Positions 51,507 to 64,000 of a DNA stretch of 64,000 nt are shown here, in pieces. The notes under the pieces were generated by a model. It did not search any database, had not been told where the DNA came from, and saw nothing but the letters and a program-made list of their open reading frames with translations. The stretch spans positions 1 to 64,000 of the forward strand of contig MQRK01246750.1 in assembly GCA_001938485.1 (NCBI GenBank), in the 5' to 3' direction. This DNA comes from Girardia tigrina (taxonomy: Eukaryota). The position numbers were made by a program, and so were the translations under genes. Numbering within the stretch: the stretch's first letter is position 1; each line of letters begins with the position of its first letter.

Positions 51507-54500
51507 TCCCCCCCTTTTAAAATCCCGTATCTATTCTATATTCCTTATTATACTTTTCCCATCTTTGCTTTTTAATCGATAACTTCTAGGATGCAATATT
51601 TCTATAATTTCATATGGACTTTCATATCTCTCTTCCATTTTATTACAATTTTCTTTCTTTATTAACACCCATTCTCCTATGTTATACCGTCTATTCGTTA
51701 TATTTCCTTGAGTACCCAAGGTTTGTTGTAATTTTATTTTAGACGTTAACTCTTGTCTTCCAATATTTCGGTTTGTTTCTCGCTCTTCCTGTGGCTTATC
51801 TTTCTTTACCCAATGACGTTTAATAGTTTTTCCAAAAACTATTTCTACTGGCGATACTTTTGTTGACTGTTGAACTGTTGCATTAATCATAAACTCCACA
51901 TCTGGTAATGTATCTATTCAATTTTCTTTCCAGTCTGTCAGACTCAAAGCTATAGCGTCTCTTATTGTTCTAAACTGTCTCTCTATTAATCCGTTTGTTT
52001 GGTGATGGTACGAACTTAACTGTACAATGGATATATGATGCGTATTTGCCAGTGCCTTTATAACACTAGATTCGAAAACTCGTCCTCTCTCTGAGCGTAT
52101 TATTCTCGAAGCTCCATATTTAAGTATCCACTTTTCTCTTAATATTTTAGCCGTGTTTGTTTCGTCTTGATGAGCAATGGTTGTGAGTGATACATATTTA
52201 CTAAACTGGGCTATAATTGTTAAGATGTATTGCTTGCCCGAAAACGATTTTTTTAAAGGTCTGCAAAAATTTATGAATATTTCTTCAAAAGGTTCCTCTG
52301 CGAATTGTTTTATGATCGGTTCCTTCGTCTTTCCGGTCCATGTTTTCCGTCTTTGACATGCTTCGCACTTCTCCACGATCTTCTTCGCTGCATTCTCCGT
52401 GATATCCATATTTCAAGTTTGTTTTGCAAAACAAAATATTTTTCTAGCTCCTGCATGGCACAAGTCTTTATGTAATCCCATAATGAATGCTTCATTTATT
52501 TCTTTCTTTTCTGTGGCGGGACTGCATTTTACATCACTTTCAACGGCTAATAATTTTGTTCTATTCTTCTTTGTTTTCGCATCCTCATGAAGTGTCAAAC
52601 ATTGGCTACATGTACGACAGTTACTTCGTGATAGCGCGTCCGCGTTAGTATGCAAAACTCCTTTTCTGTACTTCATCTGTATATCCAATCCGCTTAAATA
52701 ATTCATCCACGTTTGAAATTGGGCTGTGATGGGTTTCTTCGTCCTCATCATAAAGGTTATTGCTTTGTGGTGAGTTCTTAAAATAAATCGCTTCGCGTAG
52801 AGGTAATGTTTGAAATATTGAGTAAAATAATAAATCGTTAAAAGTTCTTTTCTAGTGATGCAATATCCTAACTCATGTTTGTTCATGGCCTTTGATCCAT
52901 ACGCTATAACTCTTTCTCTACCGTTTTCATCAACTTGTGAGAGCACAGCCCTTATTGTGTCGAAGCTGGCATATGTATCCAAAATGAAACTTTTCGTTAA
53001 GTCTGGGTAGCTTAATACCGGTGAAGACATCAGTTGTGATTTCAAATTCTTAAAACTTTCCTCACATTGCTCAGTCCACGCAAATGTATCTTTTGAATTC
53101 CCATATAAGCTTTCTAACACTCTTGACTGTTTCGCGTAATCTTTAACAAATCTCCTATAATAGTTCGCCAAACCCAAAAAAATTTCTCAATCTCTACACA
53201 TTTTGGAGTCTCGAATTCTTGCATTGCATTAATTTTTTCGTCATCTGTTTTAATTCCGTTTTTGGTTACTATATGTCCTTAAAACTTTATTTCTTTTAAA
53301 AAATTACTTTTGTCCGGATTAATTTTTAGTCCTGTATCTTTTATTTTATTGAATTTTCTTTTGAGTCTCTTTAAATGTTCTTGTTCATCACGAGAAAAAA
53401 TTAGTATATCGTCTAGATATACAACCGCTTCTTTCCAATTTAATTCCCCTAAAACTTCTGTCATGAGTTTTTGAAAAGTCGCCGGGGCCGCTGCAATGCC
53501 AAACGGTATTCTATTAAAACAATACTGTCCACTCTTAGTTGAAAAAGCTGTTTTTAACAGCGATTCTTCTTCTAACTCGACTTGGTAATACGCATTACCC
53601 AAGTCGATTGTGCTAAACACTTGCGCTCTTCTCAAAATCTCAATCATTTCATCAATATTGGGCATAGGAAAAAGTGGTCGTTCCGTAATCAAATTTAACG
53701 CTCGAAAATCTAGGCAAATTCGCAAAACCGTTTTATTCTTCTTGAGCACACAAACTAAAGGGCTGTTCCATACTAAATCACATCTTATTATGTCTGATTT
53801 CTCCATATTTGTCAACATTTCTCTTCATTTTTCTTCTATGTACACTGGTTGACGCCTAGGATTTATAGCTACGGGTCCCCCATTTGTCGAAATTTTGTGC
53901 TTTACTAGTGTTGTATGTCTCACATCCCACTTGTCTTTAATGAAGATTGAGCTAAATTCACGCATTATCTTTTCCAACTGCAAATTATTATGAGTTTCAT
54001 ATTTATCTTCAATGCTTGTTTCTTATTCTTTTCTTAATCTATTGTTAAATTTATATTAAACATCGTCATCATTTCTATTCCCACAATATTTTTTTTTGTA
54101 ATTGTTATTTGTAATTTTTAAAAATATCACTCCCAGAATAACTAATCGACTGTCATTTGCACATGTGACTTGTATATCGCACTTTCCTATTATGTCACTC
54201 ATTTTCAATTTCTCAATAATATTTAGACTAATTACGTTTATCTTTGCTCCTGTATCTAGTAAGCAATGTTCTTTAATCAAATTCTCTAACCAAATTTTTA
54301 TACTAGGCCTATCATTCATTACCTCATATGCTATTTTTCTTAAAGCGTAGGGTCTCCTTAGATTCAACTCCAAAAGTGAATTATTACCATTAACATTATT
54401 AGAATTGAAAGAATTATAATAAGGATAATTACTATTTTTTAAAGATAATATTTCATCACATCTTTTTTTAATACAACATACACTCAAAGTATCATAAATA

Positions 54501-55925
54501 AAATCATTATTAGTAAAAATATTATCAGTACATTCACACTCGTTTCGAATTGCGTTTATGAGGGATTAGTTTTAAGTTTCGCCAAAATAGTTTATTATTT
54601 TTTTAATTTGAAAATTTAAAAGAAATAAATTAACAATTACAATGTAGAGTAAAAATATGATAATAAATTTTTGGTGGTGTTAAATTATGACTTTAGAATG
54701 TGATAATAATGAAAGTGGCATAAACGCTACTTACAGCGTTATTTTTCGTAACATTTTCATTAATAAAATCATTATTATTATCATCACACTCATATTCAGC
54801 ACATTCAGCATCATTCAAAATCACAAATTCATTATCTTCATACACATTCACATCATAATATTCGGTGTCAATTACATACTTACTTAACCTAGATTGATAG
54901 CTCCTAGCGCCTCACTGTAAGCCGGAGCCTCTCCTTTTAAATCTCGATCATTGCTCTAGGCTTCTTCTTCCATCTTAACTGTCCGATCGTTCTCGAACAT
55001 ATTGATTGAATTCATATGATGCCTTTTGTCTCCATCATGATCCGTAGTTGGATGGTCTTTGTATCTCCAACCATTGTCTTGACTAAGGTTTCTGTTGCCA
55101 TATCTCTGTTTGAAGTATCCCTGTCGATCGTCAAAAGATTTTCTATTCGACCAGAATTGATATTTGAAATTTCCACTTTTGTCACACTTGTTGCATCTTA
55201 TGCTCGGGCATTCTGCGCGAATGTGCCCTTCTTCTCTGCATGCCCAGCATCTGCGAACTCGAACTGGACTAGGATTTCGTTCATACTTTAGAAGTCTTCT
55301 AAAATGATGCAATTGGTTTACGTTACTCGCGCTCTGCATCGTCTTCCGTCTGAAATCAGTCTCTTGTCTCGATTTTCTTGCACAATCGGCATGTTTTTTT
55401 TACAGGAACTGCAGCGAGTGATTGTTCGTTATCTAATTCTTTCTTTATTTCTTCCATTCTGCAAATCACTTCCTTGGCCTTGTCCAACAATTTGACATCT
55501 CGCATCTTGAGCTCTTTCTTTGTTTCTCTGTCTTCAATTGCATGTTGTGTCAGGAACAACATTAATGCTAGCTTCGTTAATTTGTGTCTGAGAATATTAT
55601 CAACTAACTTTTCAATTTTTTCAAGGAATTCTCATCCGATTTACGGAAACGTAACGCAGCTTCCAGATCTACTGCTAAATTTCTTTTGGTTCAAACGCTT
55701 TTCGGAGTCGGTCTTCAAATCCTTCAGTTGTGCTTTGGGTTTCTTCATATTGGGTTACTAATTCGACTGACAAGAATGCTTTTGTCAGAGTTTCCTGGAA
55801 TTCTGGAGGCTGTTGCGGGAGCTCGAAGAATCTTTTTAATTCCAGAATAAAATTATCCAGGTCTCCGTTTCTCTGAAATGTTTCTGGTGGTCTGATAAAA
55901 TTTTGTACTCCGGTCGTGGTCGCCA

Positions 55926-56255
55926 TGTTAAGAGATAAGATGCTTTTCTAAGATATATTAATAGCACAATAATAAATTAATCATTCAATTGGCATATCTT
56001 ATATACAAGCACACCTCGATCCGGTTGCATAACTGGATTAGGGAGATTTGCTGGGTTAGCATCACATGATTGACACCGCACACTCTTACATGCATACATT
56101 ATATCATCAAACTCTCAATCCTGTTACTCAATTTCATACTTCATAATCACGCATACTTTCCACATACATCTAATAATAATAATAATATGTTTATAATAAT
56201 AATCTCAATAATAAGTAAGAACCATAATAATAATAATAATTCACACATCCTTACA
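55926..56255 (-). repeat. 5' LTR (330 bp)
   Basis: Direct repeat of 50815 onward, about 10 substitutions over about 290 aligned bp; abuts the PBS. Confidence 0.93.
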
Positions 56256-58059
56256 AATATAATTTCAAAATGATCCGGAAAATATAATATTTTAGACCTT
56301 TAAAAGAAACTATAACTTTTGATGAATTTCCATGGAAGATGACAAATTCACCTTCCTCTAAGTACTGATTCTATTATGATGGTATCATAATACTTACTTA
56401 AAAATTTTCAATATTAAATTTCATGTTTATTTTATTGCGATATTTTATATTTTTACTAGAAACGTAATAAAAGTTTCAATATATAAATTCATTAAATAAT
56501 ATTGTAAGTTGTTTTTGGTAATGTCATTTAACTGAAATTATCAAATATTTTAGAAATTTAATAAAAATAAAATTACTGTGAAACATTATCCATGTAACTA
56601 AATGACTTGGTTAATACCAAAAAAAATAAAAATTAACTTTTAATTATAAAATTAACTTATAATTGATGGGAATAAATGTTTCTAAATTCAATTTTTATTC
56701 TAATTTACAAATACTTTCCGTTTTTTCGGTACCAATTTTGAGTACATTATGATCTTCTACATCATTATTGAAGATAGGTTAGTTCTGTTTAAGCTCAACA
56801 AAATGTAAAACAGTAAAAAAAACGAAAAAATTATGAACACCTGTTTATCTTAGTTGAGACCGAAAACAATAACATTACCAGAAATGTATGGCAGAAGATT
56901 TTTTAGCAGGCACGGAATCATAATCGTCACTGTTTAATATCTAGCAATAGTCGGCTATAATGTTTGATTTTCAAGATCCGTGATATTGCTACTCCAAAAC
57001 TATCAGTCTTGACGGAAACGCTTATCCCGCTCATCGCTTTTGGTACCAAGATTTTCTGCAAATAGTTCAAAGTAGGATTGTTGGAAGTAAACATGCAAGG
57101 ACATATCTTTGGTGAGAATCAGGAAGATTCTGAATATCTTCAGTCAAATTGGAGACTTTACTATAGTTCTGTAGTTAAAATGGACTCTTTGACACCATCT
57201 TTTAAGACAGTTTTTAATTTGAGAACCGATGAAGATACCTTCCTTGATTATGGAATGGTTTATGTGCAAAACATGATGAGTAAGATACGTAATTTGATGA
57301 ATATGTGTAAGAATTAATGAAGAGGCACGAATTATTTGTGAAATAGTTCTGAAAAAGAATATTCAAACTGAATTTATATAATCATATCCTTCTCGTTTAA
57401 CTGTTTTTTCCCAATTATTTATTTAATTTTTCGTCTTAATTTTTTGTTATTTTGTTAATTTTGTAACATAATTTTCTAATAATTTTCTGAATGTATATTT
57501 TAAAAATAATTGTTATGGTTAGTTTTACATTTATATTTATAACTTATGTTTATTATTAATTTATCCTCGGGTGAACACTGATTCTACAATTATAAAATTT
57601 TGGGTTTTAATAAAAATATTGGTTGAGAGGAATTCTTCTGACGTCTTTTTGTGTCAGTTTTAAAATGATTGAATTTATTATAATTCTACAAATTATTTGT
57701 TGAAGAAAGTATGAAAAGTGAAATATGAAAAATATATTATACAAAATATATAATATGATATCGAAAAAACAAAAATAAATCAGATAAATTTAAAATCAGA
57801 AGTAGCCAGCGTAAATTATACAAAATAAAAACCATATTTTAATTTAGTCGTCCAAGGATACCACAATTACTCTCATGATAAATTTGTAATTCAAAATATT
57901 TGATAATTTAACTATTAATTTAATTTTTTCCAATATATTTATGTATATCTTTAAACATTGACTAAATACTGTCAAGTCGTCAAATATGAAATTTGTAAAA
58001 CTAAAGTCAAAGTTTCTTGATAATTTACAAATACAAATATTTATGTCATTCATCAAAGT

Positions 58060-58795
58060 ATGCACCAATACTATCGATACACTTTTGCCATTTCAGCTGG
58101 AGCTTGTTGAGGCCATTTCATTAAAAATTTAGTGGTCTCTATAAGTTTCTGGGTCATTTTTACGGTATCTTCGAAATTGAATTTTTATCATATCTAAAAA
58201 ATTTGTTTAAATTGGGGAAGAAATTGAATTCAATTTGGGCTAGATCTGGTGAGTATGGAGAATGATGCAGAAATTCCAATTCAAATTTCTATAATTTTGT
58301 CACGGTCGTAAGTGCAGTATCTTGTTTTTCATTGTCTTGGAGCAAAATGGGAGTTTGCATGTTTATCAAACGCAATTCTTTGGATCTCCGCATTATATCT
58401 TCGATTTGGTTGCAGTAGACATCTACTTTGATCGACAAACCAAAGGTCATGAAGTCATAATGGATTAAACTTGCGACAGAAAACCAAACACTTACTATCA
58501 GCTTTGTTTTGATGAATGTTGTGCTTTGGACTGTGTTTGAGTGCTTCATTCATATTCACCCAGCTTGTTGAACGCTTGAAATTATTATATTGAATCCACT
58601 TTTATTCACAAGAGTGATCGGATTTTTAATGAGAAAGCATCATCAAGCAAGCATTCAAACGCTTTTGTTTCTGCATTTCATTCAACTCATGTTGAATCTC
58701 ATTATCCGACTTTCACTTAATTAATTTGAGCAAAATGATTCAATATTGTTTGATTTGTAACTGCAAACATTAGCGATAAAAAATGAGCACTTTTC
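58060..58795 (-). mobile_element. Decayed mariner of the same old family as 6310-7400
   Basis: KLIVSVWFS...IHYDF, ILLQDNEKQ, HHSPYSPDLA remnants; nucleotide similarity to 6460-6860. Confidence 0.75.
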
Positions 58796-58937
58796 CATTT
58801 TTAAAAAACTGATTATTAAAAGAAGTCAGAAATAATATTAATTAAATTTTATTTATGTTTTCAATAGCCAAACTATGTAGCAATTAAAAAAAATAATCTG
58901 AGCAACAAAATTTTAAGTCATTGTCAAATTATAACTA

Positions 58938-60220
58938 TTAGGTTGGTCGAAAAATAAGGGCGGTTTTGCGACACAAACTTCAAAGACGGGCAAATTCACA
59001 GAAACAAAAGTTTATTAATCAAAGTATGAACCGTTGGCATCAATACATTTTTGCCAACTAGAAACAAGTTGTTTTATTCCGTCAGCATAAAATGCATCGG
59101 TTCTCGAAGCGACGAATTCTTGGAAGGCATTTGAGCATCATTTTGGTTTTTGAAAATTTTTTCACGTAGGAAGTTGTACAAATGCCTTAAAAAGTAGAAG
59201 TCCGTTGGCGAGAGGTCTGGTGAATATGGTGGATGAGGCAGTGTTTCATAGACCAACTCATTAAGCTTTTGAAGAGTCACTTTTGAAATATGAGGTCTAG
59301 CGTTATCATGAAGAAGGATGGGACTTTTTCGTTTGACCAATCCCGGACAAAGTGTTTTCAATTTTTTATGCATTTCATCAATTTCATGACAGTACCTCTC
59401 CGCTGTGATTGTTTCACCTGGATTCAAGAAACTATAGTGGATGATTCCAGCATCACACCACCAAACTGTCACCATTACATTACGGGGTGTTAGTTTCGGT
59501 TTTGGAAAGTGTTTCGGTACTTCATCTTTGTCCAACCACTGTGCAGATCGACGTCGGTTATCATACAGGATCCATTTATCATCGCAGGTAACAATACGAT
59601 CAAGAAATGGATCGTTTTCATTGCGAAGATGATTGGCAGAACAAATTTCATAGCATCGGTTCTTTTGATTTTCATTCAAATCATGTGGAACCCATTTATC
59701 AAGTTTCATGATTTTTCCAAGTTGTTTTAAATGATCCAGGACTGTTGAATGACTAATGCCCATCCCATCTGCAAGTTCTCTGATTGTTTTACGGGATCTG
59801 TTTCCACCATTGTCCTCAAATTATCGTTGTTCACAGCAACTGGACGACCACGACCTTCTTCATCTTCAAGGTTTTCATCTCCATCAGAAATTTTTCGGAA
59901 CCATCGTTGCACTGTGCGCTTAGAAGCTGTTCCCTTGCCAAACGCTTTATTGATATTGTGAGCCGTTTCTACTGCTTTACGACCCAGTTTAAATTCGTAC
60001 AAGAAAATGGCTCGAATTTTAATTTTTTCCATAATTAATTTAGCACCGTTAATATTCTACAAAATAACAGCAATATGTTAATAATGGCTATAGGAATATA
60101 CAACTAGGCATAAGATTTCAAATAATATCTAACACTAATGCATTTAAACTTATATACATATCAAAGTAGATAAACAAAGTATAAAGCTCAAAAACCGCCA
60201 TTATTTTTCAACCAACCTAA
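58938..60220 (-). mobile_element. Cecropia-subfamily (Hsmar1-like) mariner
   Basis: TIR ttaggttggtcgaaaaataagggcggtttt with TA flanks, 1.28 kb. Motifs IRAIFLYEFKLGRKA, LDKWVPH, VTCDDKW, HDNARPH, YSPDLSPTD; two frameshifts. Confidence 0.96.
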
Positions 60221-60519
60221 TATTTTAAATTACTGTAATAATGGCTGCAAATTTGATACTTGACAACCTAATAATAAAAATATTTGAAAAATGTTTAAAT
60301 TTTATATTATATTATATCAAATATTTATTTTTTTTATTTTATACAACTATATAAAATTGAATCAAAACTTTATTCTAATCAACGATTTTTAGGAATGTAA
60401 TGAAATCCTGAAAAAGATGAATTTCTACTGTTCTCATATTATTACTAATAATATAAAAAACTTTTAATTTCTTAATTAATATTTTTTTTTAAAACTTATA
60501 ACAAGAATGAAATTCATAC

Positions 60520-60591
60520 TCGAATCCTTCGCATTGCCGAAACAATTTCTAACCGATTCTGAGGCCGCGCTACATCCATCGATCCGATATA
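60520..60591 (-). CDS. NOS1AP: NOS1AP/CAPON-like PTB adaptor, coding exon A (YIGSMDVARPQNRLEIVSAMRRIR)
   Basis: 72-nt exon, cag|...|gtatga, phase 0/0. Matches the recalled vertebrate NOS1AP PTB segment [24 protein letters not shown]. Not in the ORF track. Confidence 0.92.
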
Positions 60592-63153
60592 CTGAACAAA
60601 CATATTATAAAAAAATAATAATAATTAATTTATAAATAATATTATGTTCCTAAAAAGTCTTTTAAAAAACTAACTAATAATCAATAAATAAAATTCAATG
60701 ATTATTTAGATATTAAAAATTAATAAAAACGAAATTAAAATCATTATTGACATCTTAGAAAAGAATTTAAATTATAGTTTAAAGTAGCATTTTTTCTTCT
60801 TCAGATAGTTTAAAAATTAAGGAGAAAAAGAGAATCCATATCAAATTTTTGATACAATGGGAATAAATTTCAATATGGTTTGATATAATTACCACAAATG
60901 AGAATTTTTTTCGATATTGAATACACTAATTTATGAATGATTTTCTATTCAGAATAAGTATTCAGTCTCAAATGGCTAATTTCCAAATTAACGAGTGACG
61001 ATTGAAACACATTTGGCGGTCAAATTATGAAGAATAAACTGCAGTCTTGACTTTGCAAAAGATTGTGTTTCATTCAAAGAAATAAAATCTCTATTAGTTT
61101 CATTAGAGATTTTAATTCTAGAAATAAGCCTTATCAAGTTTCAGATTAAGAGAGGCTTTATTCCTTTTAGGAAAGAGTTTTTTGGTTATGAAAATAGGAT
61201 ATTGTTTTAATGAATATTAAAATATAAAATTTTATTTTTATCAAAGATATTTTAATGGAAATCATTTTTTTTAAAAACAAGTTTTAAGGTTTTTAAAAAA
61301 TTATTTATTTATTAAAAAAATTTTTTAATTTAGATTGAGGTTTTTCGTTCTTCTTTTTGTTCATTCAAAGAAAAATAAAATAAAATTTTTTTATTAAAAT
61401 TTTTCAATAATTAATTTCTTTCTGAAAAATAATTTTTAATATCAATACATCTTTTGAAGAAAAGTATTATAAAGAGAAAAAGATAAACATTTTTTCTTCT
61501 TAATTTAACCATTAACCAAACATTGACAACAAAAAGAATTCGAACACCGCTAGAATTAGGCAAGAGTTTTTTATAGCTCAAAGAATTACAGGAGAAAATT
61601 AATTAAACTAAAAACCTTAGTAATTTATATTATTCCATTAAAAACGTATTTGACACATTGACGGTTAAAATTTTGTTTTTAATAAATTAAAAATTGCTCA
61701 TAAATTAAAATTTTTTTCTTTTGGCGGAAGTAATTTTGTCCGTGGTACGATACAAATGGCGAGGTAAATCTAAGAGGGTAAGTTTTAATATGCTTTACTT
61801 TATTAATTCAATTTACTTTAAATAATATCATTTGAGGATTAATAGGTTAATCAACGAAAGAATTTATTAACACTAAATAAATATACAGTTATGGATAATA
61901 AAAATTGTGTACAGGAAATTAAAAAAATTAAATATATTTCGAAAAAAATCGTATTCTCAACATTAAGTTATTCCTTCTTAATAGAGGAAATCATTGACTA
62001 ATAAATAATTATTCTTCGTATAAAAATAAAAATCAGTTTGTAAGTTGCTTTAAAATATATGTTAAATTTTAAAAAATTTCGAAGTTATAAATCATAAATT
62101 AAATAAATTATTTATAATAAATAAATAAATTAAAATTAATTTAAAATATAATAAATAAATTATTTGCATAACTTATACTTCATTTTATTGTTTGAATCCC
62201 ACTGAAATGACTGACCGAATTATATTCTGAAAGAACAGAATCTTCTCACAACTGTATTTTGTTTGAAGCTAATATCGAGTTTAATACAATCACTCATAAC
62301 AAAACATTCGATTACAGATGAAATACATTTTCTTTTGAATTCCTCATTGCCTAAATCGCAAATGCGATTCGGTAATTGTAGTCGAATTGTGTATATTAAG
62401 AGCTCTAATATGATTTCCAATACTTTTATTGGCATCTTAACTCAAATTGTCTCCAGGATAATTCTCCACAAAACTTTCGTAGCTAGACATCGTTCTTCAT
62501 TGATAAATTTTTAGTTCTATTTTTGAACCTCTAATTATTTGAACAAATTTAAATTACAATTCCTTACTAAAATAAATTTAAATTATTTTCAAAAATATTT
62601 AAATCAATTTCAAATAGATTTTAAATATTTTGATTAAAATTGTATTTTATATTTATTGATTAAAATCTTCCATCTGGGTGGGAGACACAATTCTAAAAAT
62701 ATCAAACAAAACATACAATAAACACCATTCAAAAATATTCCTAACAGTGTCAATAACATTTTTTAATAACATTTGAATAACTAAAAACTTCTTTTTTGAC
62801 TAAATCATTTATGAAATTTTGTTAGATTGAAATGTACGGTATAAAATTCTGAGCAAACAGACAAATAATCAAATTTGCTACATTGTATATATAGATTATA
62901 AAAATTGTTTGACTAAATGCAGTTTTTCTATGCGTCTTTCAATCTTAAAGACACTGAATGAGAATTATGGTATATTTTTATGAATTTTGGGACTTCATAC
63001 ATTTTACAAATCAAAATAGAAACGAATTTATAGCTACTGTTATAAAAGTACCTGAATCTTTAAGGTTTAATTTCGATAAGGTTTGAGAAAGACATCCTCA
63101 AAATATTCATATATAATAATAATATATGTATAATTATATATATATATATGTAC

Positions 63154-64000
63154 TAGGGCGTCACTTAAAAAAAATTCGAAATATTTATTTCTCACCCTTT
63201 AAATCTGTTTTATTTGATATAAAAACTGTCCTAGGAAAATATTATGCAAATATTTTAATATTTAAAGGTAGCCGAACGATCATAAAAGTTCGCATTTTGT
63301 GACTGAAAACCATAAGAACAGATTGAGACATGAAGAATGAATCTATTTATAATGTGTCAAATAATTTTTATTAAATTTCATCAGGTTTTAAATCGTAAAA
63401 CAATTAGTAACTTATACATAATTTGTAAATCTTAAATATTTTGTTTTAGTCACTAATTTTAGATATCGTCTTAGTGATAATATTTTAAAATTTTAATATA
63501 ACATTTATGAATTTATTATTTCTTTTTTTTTAATTTGTGCAAACTAAACAAATAGAATGTATATTTTGGTTTTGTTGATATATTTATGCTTACATGGGGA
63601 CTCGTTCTGAAACACAAGTGTACCTACTTGGTTATACAGTGACTGAACCAGTAGGAGCTAAGTTACCTTCAAATCGTCAAGTATTTGGATTGTTTCTTCA
63701 TCTTCATCTGACTGAAATGCTCTCTACTCACAATGCTGCTAAACAGGTTATCATATATGTTTTATCATTTAAGGAAACGGCCAAGCTTCCAGTCAGACAA
63801 GTGCATCATTGTATTGAGAAATTAGAATATCTGTTTAGTCAGTGGAAAGTTTTGAAGAAACATAAAAACCGTCAAACAGAACTGTACAAACAACAAGAGA
63901 ATGAATTCATTCAAAATTTAGAAAATTTGTTTCATGTGCCTCATGCAAAAACATTAAACATGAAAAACATTCCTGAAGACAAACTGTTTCTTCTAGCCCA
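63154..64000 (+). mobile_element. 5' part of a probable hAT-superfamily (hATm-like) transposon; ORF from 63594 runs off the window
   Basis: TAGGG-type terminus at 63154. Stop-free frame MGTRSETQVYLLG...GAKLPSNRQV...LENLFHVPHAKTLNM..PEDKLFLLAQ recalls hATm transposase N-termini. Missing from the ORF track because no stop occurs in the window. Confidence 0.6.

Larger units (their letters stand above)
50815..56255 (-). mobile_element. Full-length Ty3/Gypsy LTR retrotransposon, frameshifted
   Basis: TGT..ACA LTRs at 50815-51506 and 55926-56255; AATAT TSD on both sides; PBS TGGCGACCACGA; PPT AAAAGGGGGGGA. Domain order: gag (CWACREEGHIRAEC), protease (LLDTGA), RT (YLDDIL), RNase H, integrase (YHHQTNGLIER). 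Confidence 0.97.

Noticed and set aside
57078-57317. 79-aa plus-strand ORF
   Set aside because: No recognisable motif or splice structure; probably an old repeat remnant.
62220-62514. Overlapping 71- and 83-aa ORFs as NOS1AP exon 1
   Set aside because: No match to the expected DLRIPLHNE.AF.HGI.F.AK segment and no suitable phase-0 donor identified.

Overview
Very AT-rich eukaryotic (invertebrate) draft-assembly sequence with N gaps; no prokaryotic operons, CRISPR arrays, rRNA or tRNA genes were seen. The backbone is one long minus-strand gene, a NOS1AP/CAPON (DYC-1-like) PTB-domain adaptor. Seven phase-compatible GT-AG coding exons were reconstructed between 60591 and 13012; the first and last exons were not located. 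Its introns and the downstream 13 kb are packed with transposons: at least five near-full-length mariners plus older remnants, two Tc1 elements, a pogo/Tigger-like element, a full-length but decayed Ty3/Gypsy provirus (LTRs, PBS, PPT, 5-bp TSD), RTE- and CR1-like LINE pieces, a Penelope remnant with an inverted terminal repeat carrying minimal hammerhead ribozymes, a Helitron-like element, and the start of a probable hATm transposon. The most unusual items are: (1) an intronic, open but only about 50%-conserved beta-tubulin-domain ORF with a novel N-terminal extension; (2) a two-template local insertion (filler DNA) inside a Mos1-like mariner; (3) paired sense/antisense hammerheads; (4) a 32-bp AP-1-motif tandem array in front of a LINE 5' end; (5) several long hairpins. 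All family assignments come from remembered motifs, not database searches.
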